This document shows, piece by piece, positions 9,419 to 18,717 of a stretch of DNA of 26,782 nucleotides. The position numbers were made by a program, and so were the translations under genes. The notes beneath the pieces are model-generated. The model had not been told where the DNA came from. It was given only the letters and a program-made list of their open reading frames with translations, and did not search any database. The stretch's first letter is position 1, and each line of letters opens with the position of its first letter. The DNA comes from a virus. Lineage: Duplodnaviria; Caudoviricetes. The DNA is taken from IMG/VR virus record IMGVR_UViG_3300049485_000039, positions 1 through 26,782 of that record. The stretch is one strand, 5' to 3'.

Positions 9419-10053
9419 TCACGCCGCTCACGAATTGGAATCGACGAACAACGGACCAGCAACTCGCCTTCGGCGCCCTCTCGATCTATCACCACTGCCG
9501 GAAGCCTGTCCTGCTCATACCGACATGGCACCTTGAAAGTGCCAGTCCATGAATAGGTGTCGCCGGCTACGTGACCAGTCAAAGCCACAGCACCTGTCGT
9601 GTAGGTAACGGTCGGAGTAATGACGCTGGTGACTGCGGACCTAGTACGATAGATCACTACCGGGTTGTCGGGTCTGGTGATCTTTCGATAGTACGGATTG
9701 ACCGTGCCGTACCGCTTATGCAGGTAGAACGTCCCATTACCCGCTGGCGCCGTCGCCCCTGTCGTATCACGCAAGGCGCCATTGGCCTGGGTGCATTCGT
9801 AGTCGAGATGATCCTTCAGCGGAAATCTATAAGCCCGTCCGCGAACTTCGTTGAAGTGATCCCTGACAAGCACATAGTCGGTCATCGTCTTCACTGCAAG
9901 TGACACGTCATAGGACCGTAGATTGTCCTGCCATACCTCCTGAGCAAATTCACCGCCACCGGATGAGGTGGCTATGTGCGTCATCCATATCAGATCGCCC
10001 TGAGTCCCGAATGCAAAGCACTCATCAGGAAACGGCGCATTCAGGAAACTCAT
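9415..10053 (-). CDS. Distal tail protein (DUF2460-like)
   Basis: FP...FG..G, SGGGE, F....GRAY.F..KD..DY, R.ITRP, WTG.F.VP.RY..D motifs; directly after the TMP. Confidence 0.92.
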   Translation of the reverse strand: MSFLNAPFPDECFAFGTQGDLIWMTHIATSSGGGEFAQEVWQDNLRSYDVSLAVKTMTDYVLVRDHFNEVRGRAYRFPLKDHLDYECTQANGALRDTTGATAPAGNGTFYLHKRYGTVNPYYRKITRPDNPVVIYRTRSAVTSVITPTVTYTTGAVALTGHVAGDTYSWTGTFKVPCRYEQDRLPAVVIDREGAEGELLVRCSSIPIRERRE

Positions 10054-13000
10054 GCCGTACCTCTCGCCAGTTCTTCACGAATCGCCCGGCCGATGTTCAC
10101 GCCCTGCTGCTGTGCAGTACGCGAATCGACCGGATCGCCGCCTACGTTCACTGAGATGTTGTAGTTCCTCGTCTCGCCGCCTTGCAGTATCTTGGACGTT
10201 TGAGCGGCAGGAACGATGGTCCCGGCCGTGCGAGGAATGAACAACTCACGCCCGAACTCACCCACCTGATATGGCCGACCGGCATCTACCGAACCACCCA
10301 TTGCCCGACCGTCCCAAATACCGTTTGCATCGAACCCACCTGGATATGGGGCGGGACCACCGAACAGGCTAGCCCCGAATGACAACAGTGAACCAAAGAT
10401 TCCACCACCACCAGAACCAGTAGACCCGACTGACGGGCGGCCCAACATATCCAGCCTGTATGTCGCGTCCGTCAAAGCAAAACTGAATCGCTGCAAAGAC
10501 AGGTTGGCTTGATCCGTGCCGACCTCAGACTTACCTCCAAGCAGCGACCCGACGAATCCGGTAATGGACCCGGCAGCACCTTCGCCCGTCTTCAATCCGC
10601 CTTGCAGCCATTCAGCAATAGGCCCTGTGATCTGCTGACGAATGATGATGCGATTGATGTCGGCAACAATCGAGTCGGCAAGCGACTTGAAGTCCAGCTT
10701 CCCGGTCATGGTGAACTTGACTAGCGCATCCTCCATGCCTTTGAATGCATTGTTGAACACGCTTTCCGTCTCGCTTGCGACGTTGCGAATCGAGTCGAGA
10801 TAGTTCTGCAATGCCTCGCTTGCGCCAGTTGCAAAGTTGGCCTCTTTTTCAAGCCGCGCTCTGTAATAGGCGTCATAGCTCGACAAGGCTTCCGCCTGGA
10901 ATCTGCGAATGCGGTCTAGTTCTTCGCTGTACTGATCCTCGGTGATCTGCCCCTGACGACGCTCGCTTTCTAGTCTTAGCCTTTGACCGCTGAAACGGTC
11001 TTCGATCTGAGCCCGGCCTTGCAAGCGACTACGTTCACGAGTACCTAGACCGGCTCCAAGTAGCTCGATAGCTTGTGATCGGCGTAGCGTGTCAATGTAC
11101 TCCTGCGCCGCGGCTTCCGCCTCGATGAAGCCCTTGCGAATCTTTTCAAGCGAAGCCGCCTGTCGAATGTCCAGGACTTCGATCTGCGTCGCTGCGTCTC
11201 TAGCCGTAATCCCGCGCTTTTCCTGAGCGTCTGCAATCTTGCGCTCGTTGTCGATGATCTCCCGCGTGACGCGGGTTTTGTCGTTGTCGGTCTTTTGCAG
11301 TGACCGCTTGCGTTCTAACGTCCGCTGTTCGATGTTGAGCGCTTCGATCTGCTTGGCCAGTGCATCATCCTGCGCCTGTTGGTTGGCCCTGATGAATGAC
11401 CGCTTGGCTTCGTAGTACTCGGCTTCATTGACCAGACCGGCAGCGCGGACAGCCTCTAGCAGCGTTTCGCCATTTCGATAGGCGCCGACTTGAGCGTCTA
11501 GAAAGCGTTTGATCTCTGCCAGTGCTGCATCTAGTTCTGCACGATCCGTGTCGATCAACTTCGGCGCACTTGGACCTTTCGGGCCTTTGAACTTTTCGCG
11601 GATGTTTGCCTCGTCCGCGGCAATCTTTTTCGGGTCTAGCAAGGTACTTTCAGGATTGGCCTTGCGAATCGCCTCGATGTTCCGCCTGTATTCAGTAAGC
11701 GTTTTGTTCAGCTTGTCTTGATTGCTCGCCGACTCCTTGCGAATCCGGTCGACCTCAACTTCCGCTTTGATGCCGGCCTCTGTTACTTGAGCCCGTTCTT
11801 TGTCTGCAAGGCCAACACGCCGAGACGCATCGGCAGTGCGATCAAGCGCTTCTAGTTCTGCCCTTAGTTCGGTCTTTGACTTGCCGAATAGCAACGGCTT
11901 TTCCTGGCCTGCTTTCTCCAAGTCCGCAATGCTGCGCAGGATTTCTTGACGGGCATCGTCATCAGTCTTTGGCCTGCCGATTTTCAACAACGCATCGGCC
12001 GCAGCATTTGCCGCATCCTTTACATCAAGCCAGCCCTGCTGGATATAGCCAAGCCTTAAGGCGATCTGTGGCAGCCGGCTTTCGGCCGCATCGGCGTAGG
12101 CCCTCTGTGCAAGATTGGCGGCTTCTACAGCACGGCCCTGTTCCTCCAGCGCCTTGATCTGCTCATACACAGCAAGCGTTAGATAGCGCTCGGCTTCATT
12201 GAGCCTGCGGCTTGCCTCGACCGGGCTCTTTCCAAGTTCGTTGAACTTCTTGACCGTCTCATCAACTGAGACGCCAGCCAAGCGCTCCAGCTTTACCGCA
12301 ATGGTCGTGAACCGCTCAAGGTCGTTTGCCGCGATCCTTCCACTGGCCGCAAACTTGTTCAGCGCTTCCGCTGCGTTACCTTGAGTGCCGACAATGGCGC
12401 CGATGGATGCCGCCATGCGATCAAGTTCACCAACCGAAGACCCGGCCGCATTGCCGGTGAGCACGAGAGTTTTGTTGAACTCGTCGCCCTCCTTACTGCC
12501 TTGGCTGTAGCCATACACCAGCGCACCGATACCGGCCGCCGCGAGCGTGAACGGGTTGATGAGCCGCAACAACGCGCCGCCCAAGGCTTGCGCAGCCGGG
12601 ACGACACCACCGAAGATGTCCTTCAACTGTCCGCCCTGTTGCAGCAGCACAGTCAGCGGGGCTTGACCGCCCTGCAAGCTGACAAAGATGTCCGTCAACT
12701 GAGCCGGTACTTGGCGCAGCGCAGCGGTGGTTTGCTTCGCGCTCAGACCGTAGGCGTTGAAACTCTTTTCTGACTCCTTGATTCGCGCGATCATTGTGCT
12801 GGCGCTCTCTGCTACGCCGAGCTTTGCGGCACGCAGTTCAAGGAACTCGGCGCGCGAACGACCGGCCTGCATGGATTCGCGTTCCAGGCTTGCCATGAAA
12901 CGCTTGGTCGTCGCGTCTAGTTCACCCGTCGCGGTGTTGGCTCGTGTCGCCCCGCCAGCGACACCGGCGCCTAGCTTGTTCCCTGCATTGGCAGCAGCAT

Positions 13001-13103
13001 CACCAATCTGCCCGAGGGATTGCTTGATCTGCTCGACGCCGGCAGTAACGCCTGTGCCATCGACGGCAACCTCGATAACACCGCGGTGGATAGCGTCAGC
13101 CAT
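10050..13103 (-). CDS. Tail tape measure protein, lambda family
   Basis: 1017 aa, helical. Contains AALRQVPAQLTDIFVSLQGGQ.PL.VLLQQGGQLKDIFGG, NAF.GMEDAL..F..TGKLDFKSLADSI and the C-terminal RA.GG.V....Y.VGE.G.ELF.P motif. Confidence 0.97.
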   Translation of the reverse strand: MADAIHRGVIEVAVDGTGVTAGVEQIKQSLGQIGDAAANAGNKLGAGVAGGATRANTATGELDATTKRFMASLERESMQAGRSRAEFLELRAAKLGVAESASTMIARIKESEKSFNAYGLSAKQTTAALRQVPAQLTDIFVSLQGGQAPLTVLLQQGGQLKDIFGGVVPAAQALGGALLRLINPFTLAAAGIGALVYGYSQGSKEGDEFNKTLVLTGNAAGSSVGELDRMAASIGAIVGTQGNAAEALNKFAASGRIAANDLERFTTIAVKLERLAGVSVDETVKKFNELGKSPVEASRRLNEAERYLTLAVYEQIKALEEQGRAVEAANLAQRAYADAAESRLPQIALRLGYIQQGWLDVKDAANAAADALLKIGRPKTDDDARQEILRSIADLEKAGQEKPLLFGKSKTELRAELEALDRTADASRRVGLADKERAQVTEAGIKAEVEVDRIRKESASNQDKLNKTLTEYRRNIEAIRKANPESTLLDPKKIAADEANIREKFKGPKGPSAPKLIDTDRAELDAALAEIKRFLDAQVGAYRNGETLLEAVRAAGLVNEAEYYEAKRSFIRANQQAQDDALAKQIEALNIEQRTLERKRSLQKTDNDKTRVTREIIDNERKIADAQEKRGITARDAATQIEVLDIRQAASLEKIRKGFIEAEAAAQEYIDTLRRSQAIELLGAGLGTRERSRLQGRAQIEDRFSGQRLRLESERRQGQITEDQYSEELDRIRRFQAEALSSYDAYYRARLEKEANFATGASEALQNYLDSIRNVASETESVFNNAFKGMEDALVKFTMTGKLDFKSLADSIVADINRIIIRQQITGPIAEWLQGGLKTGEGAAGSITGFVGSLLGGKSEVGTDQANLSLQRFSFALTDATYRLDMLGRPSVGSTGSGGGGIFGSLLSFGASLFGGPAPYPGGFDANGIWDGRAMGGSVDAGRPYQVGEFGRELFIPRTAGTIVPAAQTSKILQGGETRNYNISVNVGGDPVDSRTAQQQGVNIGRAIREELARGTA

Positions 13104-13122
13104 TCTTTCCCCTGAAGATCAT

Positions 13123-13931
13123 TCACGCCGCGTTCATGCGGCCCTTCAATCCCTTGGCACCCCTGACAACGCCGGTCGTTTCACTGAACCTGCTTGCCAA
13201 GAATGCATCATCTAGATCGGCAATCGCTCGCACTTCCCACCGATGAGGGGAAACCCTCATCAATCGAAAATAGCTATCAATATCTTGCCACGATAGCGCT
13301 TCCAATGACATACCGGCACTGCGCCTGGCGCTTAAATCCTGATACCAGCGCCACAGATGGGCCGTCTCGACAGGGATCGGCGGAAGCTCTCGCAGTTCCT
13401 TGCCAACCACCCCGGTCTGGTCGCGTATCTCGATGAGCGTCTTGAGTCTGGTCTTGCCGTTCTTGTCAGGCTTGGACAGCGCAAAGTGCGCGCTGGCGAA
13501 CTCAAGTAGGGCCGCCGTCAGCCCTTGATAAAAGCCTGCTCGTCTTCAATCGCCGCCAGCAATTTGGCCTTCCACAGCGGCCGGCTTTTGAGCACACGGG
13601 CGAGGTTGACCGGGGTGAACTCCGCAGGCTTGTCTGCGATGGTGAACCCGAACCAACCGACCACGCACTTGTCGATAAGCATCTGCCTGCGCTTGTCGCC
13701 AGCATCGACCACCGTAGCCGCGCCTTCGTCGCTGGTCATGTCCAACGCGCCGCGCCTTGAGGCGGCCTCTTTGACATTCAGAAGCTGGATCGCGCGCTCG
13801 GCATCTTCGTATTCCTGACTGCCTGGGCCGATCACCTTGAAGCCTACCGGATCGCCATTGTCTCGGTTGCCGACCACCACGTCCACAGTAGTGCGGGTGC
13901 CTTTTTCGATTGCGTCAATGTCGAAGTTCAT
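13123..13931 (-). CDS. Tail assembly chaperone frameshift product (gpGT-like)
   Basis: The -1 frame from about 13533 is open (FYQGLTAALLEFASAHFALSKPDKNGKTRLKTLIEIRDQTGVVGKELRELPP...) and joins ORF 13123..13410 (LW.WY.DLS..R..GM...LSW.DI). Confidence 0.85.
13518..13931 (-). CDS. Tail assembly chaperone (gpG-like)
   Basis: Start MNFDIDAIE at 13931 (TAATG overlap). F.V.GP.S.EY, VVGWFG and EFTP.N motifs; upstream of the TMP. Confidence 0.88.
   Translation of the reverse strand: MNFDIDAIEKGTRTTVDVVVGNRDNGDPVGFKVIGPGSQEYEDAERAIQLLNVKEAASRRGALDMTSDEGAATVVDAGDKRRQMLIDKCVVGWFGFTIADKPAEFTPVNLARVLKSRPLWKAKLLAAIEDEQAFIKG
13530..13536 (-). other. Putative -1 ribosomal frameshift site G-GCT-TTT
   Basis: T-run just before the TAC stop; only the -1 frame continues into the downstream ORF. 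Confidence 0.7.
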
Positions 13932-14602
13932 TAGCCTGTCGCCTCGGTTGCGGCCCTGAGCGAAGCGTGCCACTCGTCGGCCATTGGGGAATCAGAGTAT
14001 GCAACGAAAGCAGGTATGCCGGCAGTGAAATGCAATAGCTTGGCGTCCTTGTTTTCACCATGTTCGTCGGCCAGCCAATTCCACTCAATCGGCAATTCTC
14101 CGATACGGCTGTCGTCAATGAACCTTAGCTGTAGCAGGTCCAGGGGCTTGGACTTTTCAACGAACTCTGGATTCACTTTCCGCCACGCGAAGTGATAGCA
14201 GTTGATGACCATGACCGACGCCCATTGCTTTCGTTCATAGTCCGTGTTGTCGGCTTCCATCTTCGCTCCGACATACTTCCTTGCGTGCTTCGTCTGGTAG
14301 TCGTGCTTGACCACGCTAACCGCAGCATCCATGCGGACATGATCAACAATCCCGTTGATGTCTTCCCGACAAAGCATGTCAGCACCGTCAACGAACACCG
14401 CCCGTCCAACGAACCCCATTGCCCACGGCACAAGGAAGCGCCGGAAGGTGAATGCGTTGGTGCCCTCTTTGACGTGCCCAACACCCAGCCGCGTGATCGG
14501 GACAAGTGCTACGGGTGTCTTTGCAGTTGCAATGACGGAACGGACAAACGCAGTTGTCCCGGCCTCGACTCTTTCATCGTGGCCGAAGAAGACATGCAGC
14601 AT
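13931..14602 (-). CDS. Glycosyltransferase, GT-A fold (GT8-like nucleotide-diphospho-sugar transferase)
   Basis: F.G.D, TN.FTF.RFLVP, AVFVDGADML (DxD-like), VVKHDY, RK.WAS...NC, IGELP.EWNWL, AKLLHFTAG.P. Confidence 0.85.
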   Translation of the reverse strand: MLHVFFGHDERVEAGTTAFVRSVIATAKTPVALVPITRLGVGHVKEGTNAFTFRRFLVPWAMGFVGRAVFVDGADMLCREDINGIVDHVRMDAAVSVVKHDYQTKHARKYVGAKMEADNTDYERKQWASVMVINCYHFAWRKVNPEFVEKSKPLDLLQLRFIDDSRIGELPIEWNWLADEHGENKDAKLLHFTAGIPAFVAYSDSPMADEWHASLRAATEATG

Positions 14603-15117
14603 CAGCGCGCCTCAAGCCTCATATCTCGCGTGATCCTTTGACCGTGTGTCAGCGGCAGTAGATGCATCACTTTCTTGAACCCAGCCCCGCGGACAAGCGA
14701 CTCAAGTGACGCCATCGTGTAGCCGAACTTGTGGCACATGAACGGGTCTTTGTGCTCAGGATCACCGTAGAAGGGAAACATCCACATCTGTTCTTTCATG
14801 CCGGCCAGCAGGTTCCTGGCTGCAAGCTCAAGATTGGGGCACTCCAAAACCAACAGCCCGCCAGGTTTTAGCAAGCGTCGGAACTCTTTAACTACCGCAG
14901 GCGCTTCCCACGCAAAGACGTGCTCGATGAAGTGGTACGAATGAACCTCGTCGCATGACTCAGCATCGAGCGGTAGCCGGTTTATCAACGCCCCGTCTTT
15001 GGTGAAGTTGAACGCATGCAGCAAGTCAGGCTCGCGCGTCCGCTTCGGGTGAGCAACAGCATCGACGCAGTAGAAGTCGGGCCACGTCTGTTTCCCGCAG
15101 GCAAAGTTGAGTTTCAT
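14602..15117 (-). CDS. Class I SAM-dependent methyltransferase
   Basis: Start MKLNFACG at 15117 (ATGA overlap). LP....SCDEVHSYHFIEH, RLLKPGGLLVLECPN, HKFGYT..SL. Confidence 0.88.
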   Translation of the reverse strand: MKLNFACGKQTWPDFYCVDAVAHPKRTREPDLLHAFNFTKDGALINRLPLDAESCDEVHSYHFIEHVFAWEAPAVVKEFRRLLKPGGLLVLECPNLELAARNLLAGMKEQMWMFPFYGDPEHKDPFMCHKFGYTMASLESLVRGAGFKKVMHLLPLTHGQRITRDMRLEAR

Positions 15118-15926
15118 TGGAGCTGCCATACCAACCACTTCCACGCCTCGCCGGATTCGATCTCCGTTGGTGTCCATTGCCACCAAGCCAGCCGTTGCAG
15201 AAACTCAAGCCTCGTCAGCGCGTCAGGCTGGTTCTGATAATCGGCCAACAACTTGGGATAGATAGCCGCCGCCGCCCCGTCATCGCAGACAACCGGAACA
15301 CCCATTCGGCAGGCATCGACGGCGACATTGCTATGTCGGCAAACGACAAGCGATGTGCGAGCCAGGGCTTGCTCTATCGTGCCTCTGGATATTTCATCGC
15401 ACAGCACGGAACGTTCGTTTGGTCGGTTCGGTTTAGGCCGGTAAGACACTCGCCGGTCGGGGAACACCTCTTTCAACTCACGCGACTTCTTCAACGACCA
15501 CCGATCCGCACCGACCGCAACGGACTTAGGCCCATTGCCGACCAGCATGATCGTGCCTTTGCACTTGGCCTGCGTAATCGTCAGGCCGGCTCGCTCCCAT
15601 CTATGTTTCCCGTGAAACATTCCCTCCATGACATTCTTCGGGTGGAAGCCACCGATAGAAACACGGAACATCCGACTTGCGTAGGGAAGCGTTCTCTCCC
15701 AATAGCCTATGTCCCAACAAACCAGACCCCCGACATGCTCCTTGACGTGCGGGTAACGATCCGGGCCTCCTGGTCCGTAAACCACAAGCACCGAACCAGG
15801 CCGCGGTTCATACGCCTGCATCAACCGAACATCGACCCCGGCGTTCCTGCCGCCAGCGAATAGCGACTGCGATAGATGCTGCGCCTTCGGAGAGGCTGTC
15901 GGAGGGATCAGGATGTCGAAGCGCAC
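15114..15926 (-). CDS. Putative GT-B glycosyltransferase (KpsS/capsule-synthesis-like)
   Basis: D.GY, YRPKP, L.....VV..HSNVAVDA...GVPV and LAW.QWT..EI..G motifs; paralogous to 17474..18271. Confidence 0.6.
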   Translation of the reverse strand: MRFDILIPPTASPKAQHLSQSLFAGGRNAGVDVRLMQAYEPRPGSVLVVYGPGGPDRYPHVKEHVGGLVCWDIGYWERTLPYASRMFRVSIGGFHPKNVMEGMFHGKHRWERAGLTITQAKCKGTIMLVGNGPKSVAVGADRWSLKKSRELKEVFPDRRVSYRPKPNRPNERSVLCDEISRGTIEQALARTSLVVCRHSNVAVDACRMGVPVVCDDGAAAAIYPKLLADYQNQPDALTRLEFLQRLAWWQWTPTEIESGEAWKWLVWQLQ

Positions 15927-16438
15927 TTGCGACCGAAGGCAATCGTTTCTGCCCGCTCCATGTAGATGCTGTCATCTTCATTCAACCCGCGGACCAGCTT
16001 CGTAGTTTTGCCTGCGACCATAAAGCCGCGTTCAACCCACCCGATGCGCGGGAATATCACTTCTAACGCAGCAGGCGTCATGCGCCAGTAGTCCCCCGGG
16101 TAGTCGTGTACCCTCCACACGAATGGGACGCAGATCAACAGCGTCGCATCACGCACCATCAGTTTCTCGATGTTCGCCGCGACTTTCCACGGGCGTTTGC
16201 AGTGCTCAAGAACGGACACCAGATCGACATGGTTGAACTTGCCGTGTTCTTCACTTAGCGGCTGTTCCAGGTCATGCACTATGTCAACACCTGGGCCAGC
16301 GATCATGTCTAGGCCAACAGCCTTGCGATAAAGCAGCCGCCGATCACTCGACGTTTCATAGATTCGATTGCCGACCACCAACGTGCGCCCCGGCTCTGCC
16401 ATGCTCACAAGGCGCGCTATAGGATGGTAGTCAGCCAT
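15908..16438 (-). CDS. Class I SAM-dependent methyltransferase
   Basis: TLVVG, GLDM..GPGVDIVHDL, F......SVLEH...PW, VPFVW..HDYPGDYWR.TP..L. Probable start MADYH at 16438. Confidence 0.85.
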   Translation of the reverse strand: MADYHPIARLVSMAEPGRTLVVGNRIYETSSDRRLLYRKAVGLDMIAGPGVDIVHDLEQPLSEEHGKFNHVDLVSVLEHCKRPWKVAANIEKLMVRDATLLICVPFVWRVHDYPGDYWRMTPAALEVIFPRIGWVERGFMVAGKTTKLVRGLNEDDSIYMERAETIAFGRKCASTS

Positions 16439-17241
16439 TGTCGGTATGTGTTCGCTATGTTCTTTAACGATGGTGCGCACGCCTTTAACTTGCGTGCGCA
16501 AGCAAGCCGCTCATCATGATCCGTCAGTCGATCAAACGCAGCAGAAAGCTCTGCCGGCGTATCAGCCCACGCCTCACCATCCGATGACGTTTCAAGATAA
16601 CCGAGTTCACGGCTCGCGATGATCGGAGTTCCTGATCCTTGCGCGTTGGCGAGTTTCACATTCGACTTCCAGTGTCGAGGTGCGTACCCGTCCTGATCTC
16701 TCAGCGCGAGCACGATGTCTACATCAGCCAACCGCTTGGGGTTCACCACAAACACCCAGCCACGTCGCTTGCATTCAGCCTCGATCACGCGGCGCCAGCG
16801 GGCGATGTACTGCTCGCCGCCTTCGTACCCGACGATCCTGACCGTTTCGCGTATCGGGTTGGCTTCTATCCCTGGCCGATGATGATGAGGCAGCGCTATT
16901 GATGGCAGAGAAACATCATCACGCATAGCCTGCGTCGCACACACCACAGCCACCGGCTTGATGACTCCGATCTGCTGCCGTAGCCATGCGGCGCATTCTT
17001 CGCGCCTCCAGGTGTTGCCTATCGGCTGCGGGTAGGCATCGACCACATCCCACACGATAGGCACATCGGCCCGTTGAAGCCTTGGTAGCACATCACCACA
17101 CCGCTTGACGATCACCGCAAGGCTGTAGCCGGCAACGTCTAGCGCATTAGGCTGCACAGCGCCACCAACCGCGTGACCCAACTGCTCGCCACGGATGACA
17201 AAACTGCCGCTGGTGCCGCGGCCAGTGAACAAAACTGTCAC
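16417..17241 (-). CDS. Putative GT-B glycosyltransferase (GT4-like)
   Basis: SGS..IRG.Q, VWDVVD, V...T..M, VGYEG, DVDIVLA, KSNVKLANAQ..GTPII C-terminal nucleotide-binding pattern. Confidence 0.65.
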   Translation of the reverse strand: MTVLFTGRGTSGSFVIRGEQLGHAVGGAVQPNALDVAGYSLAVIVKRCGDVLPRLQRADVPIVWDVVDAYPQPIGNTWRREECAAWLRQQIGVIKPVAVVCATQAMRDDVSLPSIALPHHHRPGIEANPIRETVRIVGYEGGEQYIARWRRVIEAECKRRGWVFVVNPKRLADVDIVLALRDQDGYAPRHWKSNVKLANAQGSGTPIIASRELGYLETSSDGEAWADTPAELSAAFDRLTDHDERLACARKLKACAPSLKNIANTYRQWLTTIL

Positions 17242-17244
17242 TGG

Positions 17245-17508
17245 CTAAATTGACTCGCCAGCAATCACAGCAACATCATCCAATCTGCATTGCTTCATGC
17301 GAATGCGGCAACTGCGCGGCGAACAGATTAATGAGGTTGGTTGCTTGATAGTCAGCTTGCCGGGTCGTCGATCCTGCACGTATAGACGGAACCATGCATT
17401 ACCACCTCGGTTGCTGTGGCACTCATATACAAAGCCTGAGCCATTGTCCCAAAGCGATCCGACAGGAATCGGATCACCGCAAATGAACCGCCAGAAGTTG
17501 TCGAGCAA
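17245..17508 (-). CDS. Hypothetical 87-aa protein
   Basis: TTG start with AGGAGAG Shine-Dalgarno; fills the gap between two GT genes; appears more AT-rich than its neighbours. Confidence 0.55.
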   Translation of the reverse strand: MLDNFWRFICGDPIPVGSLWDNGSGFVYECHSNRGGNAWFRLYVQDRRPGKLTIKQPTSLICSPRSCRIRMKQCRLDDVAVIAGESI

Positions 17509-18271
17509 TTGGCTCTCCTGTGCTTATCTCATCCAACGTCCACATAGACCAAGCTAACCGCTGAAACATCGCCAGCCGCTTCGCATCGTCTTTCACCAAC
17601 GGTTGACCGATGCGACTGGAGGCCATCGCCCCGATCCACAGCGGGAAATCATGCCACACAGGAACGCCAAGCATCAATGCTTTCAGTGCCGCCCCGCTAT
17701 TCCACGTCACGACCCTGCCAACATCAGCCAAGTCATCTTCAAGCGGAAGGCCCTTGCTTTTCCCCGGATGCGGCCTCAGCCTTACCTTCAGCTTGGCGGC
17801 CATGCGTTCCCCCCACCCGTCAGGCGAACGAATACCTAACTCACCTATGCCGCGCTGGCCAAGAACGAGCGTCTGTGATCCGTCACGCCAAGGCGAGAGA
17901 TCGACGCCCCAGCCATCCCATCGCTCGGGGCCGCCGACATGCCACTCACCCGCCCCGGCGTGATGACGCTCACATAGGGTGAACCACTCGCCACCACGCC
18001 AACCCTTTCCTAGCCATCCGTTTTCCGTCACCAAAACCGTGGCCCCTGCCGACTCGAAGCGCTGAGCCTCGGTAGCGAAGAAGCCGTATCGGTTCCAGAT
18101 CAGCAAAGCATCGCCAGGCCGCGGTTCAGGCAGCGACCGGACGATGTGATACCCAGCCCGTTCAAGCCCGGCATCGAACGCCTCACGGCGATATGCGATG
18201 TCGGGCCTGAGTAGATTGAGCGCTTTACGGGTTGCCAGAAGGATCGTCTTCCACCAGCGGGCCGCTGACAC
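17474..18271 (-). CDS. Putative GT-B glycosyltransferase (KpsS/capsule-synthesis-like); start uncertain
   Basis: ENGW, LVLGQ, LRPHP, LEDDL....VVTWNSGAALKALMLGVPV and LAWSMWT..EI..G motifs. No ATG near the expected start. Confidence 0.62.
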   Translation of the reverse strand: MSAARWWKTILLATRKALNLLRPDIAYRREAFDAGLERAGYHIVRSLPEPRPGDALLIWNRYGFFATEAQRFESAGATVLVTENGWLGKGWRGGEWFTLCERHHAGAGEWHVGGPERWDGWGVDLSPWRDGSQTLVLGQRGIGELGIRSPDGWGERMAAKLKVRLRPHPGKSKGLPLEDDLADVGRVVTWNSGAALKALMLGVPVWHDFPLWIGAMASSRIGQPLVKDDAKRLAMFQRLAWSMWTLDEISTGEPIARQLLAVHLR

Positions 18272-18677
18272 GGAAGACGTAGCTCGCCGTCACCACGCCA
18301 TCGACAGAGGCGCCCATCGAGCGCTGTTGAACGAAAGCCAGGAACTTGACCACCGAGAAGTCTTCGAACGTGATCTCGACGTAGCGGCGTTGCTTGTCAG
18401 TGTTGGCAGTGCGGATCGCCGTGTGGGCGGCGTTGCCTTGCTTCCAATGACCGTTGACGGTGAACGAACCAGAATCGCCCAGACCGAGGCGGAATTCCTT
18501 GGCCGTCGAACAAAACGTGGTCACGTCGATCTCGGTGGAAGACCCACCTTGCAGTTGGATTTCCCGGCCGATGCAATCAAGCGAGACATAGGACGGCGCA
18601 ACAGGCGGGATGACCGTCTGTGCGTTGCTCGTCATGCGGATCGTCAGACCTTGAACCAGGATAACTTCGGATGCCAT
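18225..18677 (-). CDS. Major tail tube protein
   Basis: QG..I, GG...EIDVTT..STAKEFRLGL.DSG, F.AFV, VDGVV..S...RVSG; AAAGGA Shine-Dalgarno; follows DUF3168. Confidence 0.9.
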   Translation of the reverse strand: MASEVILVQGLTIRMTSNAQTVIPPVAPSYVSLDCIGREIQLQGGSSTEIDVTTFCSTAKEFRLGLGDSGSFTVNGHWKQGNAAHTAIRTANTDKQRRYVEITFEDFSVVKFLAFVQQRSMGASVDGVVTASYVFRVSGPLVEDDPSGNP

Positions 18678-18694
18678 GAATTTTCCTTTCGGGC

Positions 18695-18717
18695 AATAAA
18701 GAACCGCCCCTCGGCGG
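18695..18717 (-). terminator. Terminator-like hairpin upstream of the tail tube gene
   Basis: mRNA CCGCC-GAGG-GGCGG followed by UUCUUUAUU in the intergenic gap. Confidence 0.5.

Noticed and set aside
5134-10053. Gene transfer agent cluster
   Set aside because: The tail tip is RcGTA-like, but the 1017-aa lambda-type tape measure and linked full lysis cassette indicate a genuine long-tailed phage.
13931-18271. O-antigen serotype-conversion (gtrABC-type) moron
   Set aside because: No multi-TM flippase or GT-C protein and no visible independent promoter/terminator; genes are coupled to tail genes.
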